Origin: Octopus bimaculoides
Lineage: Eukaryota
Direction of reading: 5' to 3'
Length of the DNA: 41,191 nt
Assembly (NCBI RefSeq): GCF_001194135.2
Contig: NC_068987.1
Span: forward strand, 96,721,628 to 96,762,818
Part shown: piece after piece, positions 35,801 through 41,191 of the stretch
Position numbering within the stretch: the stretch's first letter is position 1
Layout: each line of letters opens with the position of its first letter
Translations under genes and position numbers: made by a program
The notes under the pieces: model-generated
Told to the model about the DNA's origin: nothing
The model's input: only the letters and a program-made list of their open reading frames with translations
Database searches by the model: none

Positions 35801-38567
35801 TAAAATACGTACCAGTTGAACACTGGGGGTCAATGTAATCAACTTATTTCTGCCTCCATAATTGCTGGCCTAATGCCAAAATTTGAAATCAATATATATA
35901 TGCTCTGGTTCTTAATCTCCTTCTACACAACCCTTCCTACTGTCCTCCTGATCATTATGACTCTCTTTGCCCCACCCCTTCTATTACTCCTTTCCTGAGC
36001 ACTGTCAGTCTCTCTACTAACACCATTTCATAATCATAAACCTATTCCTCTCTTTAACCTCCCAACAACTTATCTAAAGTCACCACTCACTTTCCTATTT
36101 TCCTTGTCAGACATGGGGGCTCTTGCAAGTTATAAAGCTACCACATTAGTGCTGGTTCCAAGAGTTAGGGTCAGAACACTCAGTAAACTCTATAAAGTGG
36201 TTGGCAAGAGACAACACAGGGCTGACAAGATTCTTTAATTTTGCTAAGAGCAAGGCAACCTATCTAGTGCTACTGCCAGGAAATAAATGCACATGTACAT
36301 TCTGTAAAGTGGTTGTTAGGAAGGGCATGCAGCCATGAAAAGTATTCTTATTTCTTTATTGCCCACAAGGGGCTAAACAAGGACAGACAAAGGGATGAAA
36401 TTGATTACATCGACCCCAGTGCGTAACTGGTACTTCATTTATCAACCCCGAAAGGATGAAAGGCAAAGTCAACCTCGACGGAATTTGAACTCAGAACGTA
36501 ACGGCAGACGAAATACCGGTAAGGATTTCACCTGGCACGCTAACATTTCTGCCAGCTCGCCGCCTAAGCCATGAAAAGCATTCTAAAACCAAGATATTAG
36601 AACAAGACACAGCCCTCCAATCTCTGTCAGCATGAGAAGCAGGCATAAAATGATGATGATGAATGTGAAAGCAACATGACAAATAAGAGAATAACTAATT
36701 GAAGAACATCCTTACAATGAATGTGAGGACACTCTAACTTTTGTGGATTTAATGAAGGGTTTAATTAGAAATGCCAATATTACAAAATACAACAAGCATC
36801 TTAAGAATGGTCAAAATATTGTGACAGGAATAATAACCATAATTAAGAAACTACTACACTGCCTTTACTCAAGTATATCGATTTACTCGATTAACCCTAC
36901 TTCACAAACTGCTGGTGTTGTGCCCTACATTAGAAACAATTATGCGATGGTGCATGGCCTAGTGGTTAGAGTTTTGAACTGACAATTGTTATGTGGTGGG
37001 GTTGATTTTTGCACTGAGCAATGCATTGTGTCCTTGAGCAAGGCACTTCATTTCACATTATTTCAGTACATTCAACTAAAAACAATATGATGAACAGGCA
37101 TTCCATTCAAGGAATGAGAGTCGCAAGTTCAGCTGAAATGTCTTCAGAACTAAATCCACTCTGGACATATGATCTTATAGGCTTGAAGCCAGACTATAAT
37201 ACATTCTTAGAGCAGTAGATTAGCAGGATCATTAATGCATCAGATAACATCCCTAATGGTATTTATTCCAGTTGTTTATGTTCTTCATTCAAATTATGCA
37301 AAGGTCAACTTTGCCTTTCATCTTTCTGGAGTTTGATAAAATAAAGCACCATGAGTTGATTTAATTGACTATACCACTCTGTAACTATTACAAACATTAT
37401 TATTATTATTAATATTATTATTATCATACTTAACAGTCAATGAGTCACTACATAAAACACACAATTGTATTTAATTATGTTCTGAGTTCAAAACTCATCA
37501 GCTTTTTCTCTTTTATCCTGCCATGGCCAATAAAGTAAAGTACCAGTTACATACAAGTCAATATAATACATCCCACCCCTTATGGTTATCATATACCCAT
37601 GTCTGAAAGGACTATGTCAGATTTCAGGATGCTGTCCTTGATCAGTTTCGATATTCTGTAGAGCAGGCCAGTCTAAGAACATCATGGGGGAGAAAAAAAA
37701 TGGTAAGTTCAAAATTCATAATGGTGGGCAAATAGTAGTAACCAATACTTGACTAAACATCAGAGGAATGAAACCAAAGCTGACTCTAGCAGTACTTAAA
37801 TTAGAGAGGAGGAGGTGAAATGAAATAGTGAAAGACCTTTTTGTGACTCAACCCTTTTGATACCAATCTGCTTGAGACTGCACTTAATTCTATGATATAA
37901 ACTTGTTTTGAAGTCATTTGAATTAAAACCTTTCATCAAAATTCTTTTAATTTATGTTCCAAATGCCAGCTTAACAATGAAAGTCATTTTACTAAATTCT
38001 TCATTATTTTTCAAAATGAATTGATATAAAAGCAGTGAATTTCAACTGAAATGTAGCAACGAAAGGGTTAAACACTTTTTTTTCTTCTAGCAGATGAAGA
38101 ATTTAGTAGCAACGACAGCATGCAAATATTTCGGTTTGAATTACAGTAGTAAAAAAAATGAGGCAAGGAGACAATATACAAGTATGTAGATGCTTTAACT
38201 ATAAGACAGAACCAATGGCACGTCTTATTTCACCAAAACCTTATTAAGCCAATGAGGGAGTCTCTGTGATTGCTAAAAATAAGTCATACTTCCCTTAAAT
38301 CATAAACTATCGCCTTGAAAAAAAGAAAAAAAAAGACGTTGGATGTGATCGTGAGTTTGTATGTAAGGAAAGAGATGGGATGGTTACGGCTGGAATATCT
38401 TTTATTATAGGTCTACTTGATCAAAGCTACCCTAGGGTTAAACAACAACCCTAACCCTATTTATAAGATAGAAAGCAAGTAAGCACCGACAAACAAGGTT
38501 TGAACCTAACTCCGCAATTCTCGAGTCACATGCATTACACAATACGTAGTGGGTGTTTGTGTGTGTG

Positions 38568-38601
<34 letters not shown>

Positions 38602-40040
38602 AGAGAGAACTATTAATTTATTTGAAAGTCATGAAACAATGGACAAGAATAAATGACTAAGCAGCAACTTAAAATGTCTATCTTTGCATAAACATACATC
38701 ATTTTTACGTTCGATTTACACTCTGGCATGGGTTAGATGGGTCGCTACGGCCCGAGTTACCGCTCGTAGGGAGTTACTGTTATATATGAGAGGGGAAGGA
38801 GAAGAAAAGAGAAATGACAACAGATTTACATCAGAAACACTGGAATGTCAAAGCAGACGACAGATTCAAGTGCAAAACTTATTTAGTTTCGTTAGAATCC
38901 AGTAGTTAATGCTAGTACGCTCACACACATGGAAGCTATTATCGTGGAATTGAACGTTAATTATAGTGTTAGCCGGTGACACAGAATAGGTAAAGCATTA
39001 AATTTTGCAAATTCAAGTTTGACGTTCAAATTCATGTAAAAGAAAAATAATTTCTTAGGAAATATTTCAGCTATTGATAATTTAGTTACCGTCAACATAC
39101 TTTTCAATCACCTAAGGAGCAAGAAGTCTTCTTGTTCTTTTCCTCTTCAAGTAATTGTACGTGCATGTAAGAAAGATTGAGAATTACGCCATATAGCAGA
39201 GGAACAAATTAAAATGTACAAGTACCAAGAAGAAAATTTTTTAAAGTTCAATTTAACTGTAGTCACCACTTGGTTTCGATTTAAATCATTTAATATATGC
39301 AACTACTAACATAACACGCTTCCGTTTTCTTCCTCTAAAAAGTAATAAACTTGTGAATATATTAATATTTAGGTATCTTAGCCAGTCAGTAATATATACA
39401 ATAGTTCCTTGTATAGGTACAGGACTCAGATTTGTTTGAGTGAAATAAAATGCGGTGTGTCGTTCAGGTTTTTTTTTGTTTTTCTTCACCTCTCTCTACA
39501 GGAAATTAACTGGGGTTGATCGAGTAAAGTGGGATAATAACAACGGCGAATTTTATGCCGGATAGCGTTCACCGGGTCATTGGAAGGTTGGTCTTGTCTT
39601 ACAGTACGGACCAACACTTAATAACAGAACGATATTTTTACACAGAACAGAGAGGATGGAATTGGCAATCTATATTAACATGACACTCGTTACGGAGATC
39701 GAAGCCGTGTGAGGCATTTTTTTTTTTTTTAAAGAATTTAAACACCGCGTTTTCTTACTATTACACAGCAACGCAAAACAATCATGCACATGTAAAACTC
39801 ATAAATACATACACATACATGTATATCTATCTTTCTGTCCGCAAACACATGCAAAACAAAAGCGATTCACATTACGAGGCAAAAACTGATTTAAAAGAGA
39901 TATAATAAATAAGAAAAAAAAAACACAAACTCAACCTGAGTGCAAAAGTATGAGCCTATAATGTCTAGCTTAATACAAGTGGGACACTGTAGCCTGGCAT
40001 CCTTGTTGCAGCCCGGAGTTTCACAAACCCGTGCAGCCAT
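14312..40040 (-). CDS. METAP1: Methionine aminopeptidase 1 (13 coding exons, 1122 nt, 373 aa)
   Basis: Spliced translation starts [51 protein letters not shown] (C6H2 zinc finger). The catalytic motifs are [45 protein letters not shown] and [10 protein letters not shown]; it ends PHFFDQL*. All five metal ligands (D,D,H,E,E) are present. All introns are GT-AG and the phases add up. Confidence 0.97.
14616..14947 (-). mobile_element. RTE-type LINE 3'UTR fragment in METAP1 intron 12
   Basis: Close reverse-complement match to 1-335. Confidence 0.75.
15038..15103 (-). CDS. METAP1: METAP1 coding exon 12 ([22 protein letters not shown])
   Basis: 66 nt; ctctAG acceptor, GTAAGT donor. Confidence 0.95.
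16122..16159 (-). CDS. METAP1: METAP1 coding exon 11 ([12 protein letters not shown])
   Basis: 38 nt; ctttAG acceptor, GTAAGT donor. Confidence 0.93.
16348..16717 (-). mobile_element. tRNA-derived SINE (family C), near-complete
   Basis: The minus head ggcgcaggaatggctgtgtggtaa...ggttctgggttcagtccc is tRNA-like. Body and (gtaaaaga) tail are shared with 20613-21285. Confidence 0.8.
16895..17000 (-). CDS. METAP1: METAP1 coding exon 10 ([11 protein letters not shown]...YCGHGIH)
   Basis: 106 nt; ctctAG acceptor, GTAAGT donor. Confidence 0.95.
17386..17517 (-). CDS. METAP1: METAP1 coding exon 9 ([21 protein letters not shown]...AINE)
   Basis: 132 nt; ttctAG acceptor, GTATGT donor. Confidence 0.96.
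17775..17955 (-). mobile_element. tRNA-derived SINE (family B), decayed
   Basis: aaggcaaagttgacttcagtggaatttgaactcagaa. Confidence 0.6.
18380..18450 (-). CDS. METAP1: METAP1 coding exon 8 ([23 protein letters not shown])
   Basis: 71 nt; gtctAG acceptor, GTAAGT donor. Confidence 0.95.
18720..19510 (-). mobile_element. Decayed CR1/L2-clade LINE 3' fragments
   Basis: Broken minus-strand frames: [32 protein letters not shown]...YFYGFCS, HTNNY...PKTATFWN and [10 protein letters not shown]. These resemble CR1/L2 ORF2 C-termini. Confidence 0.5.
20266..20333 (-). CDS. METAP1: METAP1 coding exon 7 ([22 protein letters not shown])
   Basis: 68 nt; tttacAG acceptor, GTAAGT donor. Confidence 0.95.
20417..20485. 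other. 69-bp near-perfect palindrome (27-bp perfect arms)
   Basis: aaaaatagtgaacttttattcatgcat / atgcatgaataaaagttcactattttt, with an inner tggctagcca. Confidence 0.9.
20613..21285 (-). mobile_element. SINE family C split by an RTE-tail insertion
   Basis: 20613-20920 and 21167-21285 are collinear with the 16348-16717 copy. Confidence 0.8.
20922..21166 (+). mobile_element. RTE-type 3'UTR fragment inserted into a SINE
   Basis: Same family; contains a 10-N gap. Confidence 0.75.
21380..21463 (-). CDS. METAP1: METAP1 coding exon 6 ([10 protein letters not shown]...DRIVHE)
   Basis: 84 nt; ttatcAG acceptor, GTAAGT donor. Confidence 0.95.
21994..22200 (+). mobile_element. piggyBac-type MITE (family 1)
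   Basis: TTAA-ccctttggc ... gctaaaggg-TTAA, i.e. a TTAA duplication with CCCTTT TIR starts. Related copies lie at 609-836, ~10170-10348, ~22250-22405 and ~25304-25516 (reverse). Confidence 0.75.
23414..23505 (-). CDS. METAP1: METAP1 coding exon 5 (GIPISERQ...EGMRLACR)
   Basis: 92 nt; ttttAG acceptor, GTGAGT donor. Confidence 0.95.
23559..23784 (+). mobile_element. piggyBac-type MITE (family 2), decayed
   Basis: TTAAcccttttaatacc...ttactaaattcttcatt...cggaTTAA. Confidence 0.55.
24305..24365 (-). CDS. METAP1: METAP1 coding exon 4 ([20 protein letters not shown])
   Basis: 61 nt; ttttcAG acceptor, GTTTGT donor; RPDYA motif. Confidence 0.93.
25304..25516 (-). mobile_element. piggyBac-type MITE (family 1), reverse
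   Basis: accctttagcattcaaactggccatatc...gaatgctaaatgatttaa. Confidence 0.6.
25581..25660 (-). CDS. METAP1: METAP1 coding exon 3 ([27 protein letters not shown])
   Basis: 80 nt; ctttcAG acceptor, GTAAAC donor. Confidence 0.93.
25788..25839 (-). CDS. METAP1: METAP1 coding exon 2 ([17 protein letters not shown])
   Basis: 52 nt; ttttccAG acceptor, GTAAGT donor. Confidence 0.95.
27093..27136. other. 44-nt hairpin (20-bp stem, 1 mismatch, 4-nt loop)
   Basis: caagctcagtacattgtcac-acaa-gtgacaatggactgagcttg. Confidence 0.9.
27265..27441 (-). mobile_element. tRNA-derived SINE (family B)
   Basis: ggcacaaggcctgaa...gaccccagtattcaactggtactta...gcggaatttgaactcagaa. Confidence 0.65.
28575..29125 (+). 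mobile_element. Internally deleted RTE LINE (ORF2 linker fused to the 3' tail)
   Basis: Translation [11 protein letters not shown]...[22 protein letters not shown]...[15 protein letters not shown]...[13 protein letters not shown] is the region just before the RTE RT domain. It is joined directly to aacccatgccagcatggaaggcggatgttaaatgacgatg. Confidence 0.75.
29262..29397 (-). mobile_element. tRNA-derived SINE (family D)
   Basis: Contains gtgtcttgctcaaggacaca (reverse of tgtgtccttgagcaag). A related + copy lies at ~36945-37130. Confidence 0.55.
30647..30830 (+). mobile_element. SINE family C 5' part, decayed
   Basis: catggctgtgtgggtagaag...ggtttcagtcccactgcatggtaccttgg. Confidence 0.6.
31072..32306 (+). 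mobile_element. Full-length defective mariner (Tc1/mariner, DD34D type) in METAP1 intron 1
   Basis: 30-bp TIRs: tcaggttgagtaaaaagtaagcaacgtttt at 31072-31101 versus 32277-32306 (29/30 identical). TA duplications at 31070-71 and 32307-08. Transposase motifs WVPHDL, TYDEKW, HDNA and YSPDLSP. Confidence 0.95.
31248..32232 (+). pseudogene. Disrupted mariner transposase
   Basis: ATG at 31248 with a frameshift near codon 5-6. TGA replaces the R of DNARPH (31955-57). A small deletion/frameshift after YSPDLSPT removes the third catalytic Asp, and there is a TAG at 32155-57. It ends [14 protein letters not shown]. Confidence 0.9.
33180..33850. repeat. C/T-rich low-complexity tract
   Basis: Strongly pyrimidine-biased + strand that produces spurious S/L/P/F-rich ORFs. 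Confidence 0.7.
35678..35895 (+). mobile_element. tRNA-derived SINE (family B)
   Basis: ttctgagttcaaattccgctgaggttg...ggggtcgataaaatacgtaccagttgaacactggggg. Confidence 0.7.
36349..36566 (-). mobile_element. tRNA-derived SINE (family B), near-complete, with 18-bp target-site duplication
   Basis: The head ggcggcgagctggcagaaatgttag is A-box-like, gagttcaaattc is B-box-like, and the tail is A-rich. It is flanked by agccatgaaaag(t/c)attct at 36331-36348 and 36567-36584. Confidence 0.85.
36945..37130 (+). mobile_element. tRNA-derived SINE (family D), decayed
   Basis: gcatggcctagtggttagag head and tgtgtccttgagcaaggcactt core. Confidence 0.55.
37848..38071 (+). mobile_element. piggyBac-type MITE (family 2)
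   Basis: tcaacccttttgatacc ... gcaacgaaagggTTAA. Related copies lie at 23559-23784, ~22415-22570 and ~15130-15290. Confidence 0.65.
38569..38598. repeat. (TA)n microsatellite
   Basis: Direct reading. Confidence 0.95.
39936..40040 (-). CDS. METAP1: METAP1 coding exon 1 ([11 protein letters not shown]...YFCTQ)
   Basis: ATG at 40040, 105 nt, donor CAG|GTTGAG. Confidence 0.95.
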
Positions 40041-40072
40041 CTTGCCTGTGGAAATGAGGAGAAATTATATAA
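40036..40072 (-). promoter_or_regulatory. METAP1 5' end: YY1-type CAAGATGGC overlapping the ATG; upstream Inr-like TCATTT or 3' splice site
   Basis: The minus strand reads ttctccTCATTTccacAG gCAAGATGGCt. It lies in a CpG-richer region (~38450-40120). Confidence 0.4.
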
Positions 40073-40257
40073 GATCGAGGCTCTCAACCGGTGTTTCGTG
40101 ACCATGTGTGTCTTAAGTTAAGAAGTTTTCCATCCTGAAGTCCCGCTTCTTTATTTCCCTTCTATTTTGCTTCTAATATATAAACCTATCATTTTCTATA
40201 GTGCTAGTAGAAATTTATCATATTAGCATAAATTACTTCCTTTTTTTCTTTCTTAAA

Positions 40258-40349
40258 GTCATCATATGAATCTTTAGTACATATTCTATTGTTATCCCGC
40301 AGAATCGTCATATGAATCTTTAGTACTTATTCTATTGTTATCCCGCAGA
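40258..40349. repeat. Tandem duplication, period 46 bp
   Basis: The 42-nt core tcatatgaatctttagtac(a/t)tattctattgttatcccgcaga occurs at 40262 and 40308. Confidence 0.9.
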
Positions 40350-40989
40350 CCTGTGTTCAAAAGTTGTCGTGCTACCCCATCTTATTTCTAATCATATATA
40401 TCTATAAGATTTAGATTTAGATTCAAAATAGAATATGGTACTTATGGGATCTTGTTCAAAACGGGGGCACCAGTATTTTCTTAACGAAACACTTTGAAAC
40501 TTGGGACACTGGTAGAATGTGTCATATAAAACATCTTTTTCTCTTAGTCTTCTTAACAAAAAAACGTACATCGCAAATTATTTCATGTTAAAGTTGTCGT
40601 ATTTCAACCAATGACTGACGTCCATTCAGCCGAATAACAGTAAGTGCTGACTACGTAAACAAACGATTCTCGCGGTGAAAAAATTATTATTTCCTTGTCA
40701 AAAAATGGCTGAAGCATATTGGCAGTAGCTAATAAACCTTTCTATTATAGGCACAAGGCATGTTTTTTTAGGGAAGGAACAAGTCAATTAGGGTTAGGGA
40801 AAACGAACACACGTGTGTTGCCTCTGAATATTTTTATTATGATCACGAAGGATCGAAAACACAGATGGGTACAATACAGGATGAACAAAATGTGCGAGTT
40901 CTATGATTTTTTAAAAATTACGATAGTCTTAATATGTACAATATATGTTCATTGACTTTTTTTTTTTTCCTCTTTCAATTATACAGGCA

Positions 40990-41024
40990 TACATATGCGT
41001 ATACACACACACATCCATACACAC

Positions 41025-41065
<41 letters not shown>

Positions 41066-41160
41066 CACATATACACACATATATATACACCCACACATAC
41101 ATATACATACATACACACACATATCCATACCTACACATACACACGCATATACCTAAACAC
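40990..41160. repeat. Compound (TA)/(CA) microsatellite
   Basis: Direct reading. Confidence 0.9.
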
Positions 41161-41191
41161 GTATATAAAATAACAAAAAGATTGGGTTTTT

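Noticed and set aside
38431-38460. TTAGGG/CCCTAA-like motifs suggesting telomeric repeats
   Set aside because: Only one or two units within a dispersed repeat; not an array.
14479-39935. Intronic snoRNA or tRNA genes in METAP1
   Set aside because: No properly spaced C/D box pair with terminal stem was noticed in a partial by-eye check; tRNA-like A/B boxes all belong to SINE heads.

Overview
AT-rich animal genomic DNA. The SINE, LINE and MITE repertoire matches what I recall from Octopus (inference, not searched). There are four N-gaps and two convergent protein-coding genes. (1) On the + strand, an ankyrin-repeat/SOCS-box (ASB-type) gene: probable ATG at 6665 in a small exon, and one large exon 7173-8382. 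(2) On the - strand, a complete 13-coding-exon methionine aminopeptidase 1 (METAP1; 40040 to 14312, 373 aa), rebuilt by hand with GT-AG junctions and consistent phases. The rest is intron or intergenic DNA full of tRNA-derived SINEs, RTE-LINE 3' fragments, TTAA (piggyBac-type) MITEs, a full-length defective mariner with 30-bp TIRs, and decayed Penelope-like and CR1/L2-like fossils. The most notable unexplained signals are: four unrelated long near-perfect fold-back hairpins (2269-2366, 8848-8959, 20417-20485, 27093-27136); an orphan CpG-rich island with splice signals between the genes; a consensus splice donor in the ASB 3'UTR; an internally deleted RTE; and a covarying stem-loop shared by retroposon tails. 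Coordinates were counted by hand and repeat boundaries are approximate. No database searches were run.
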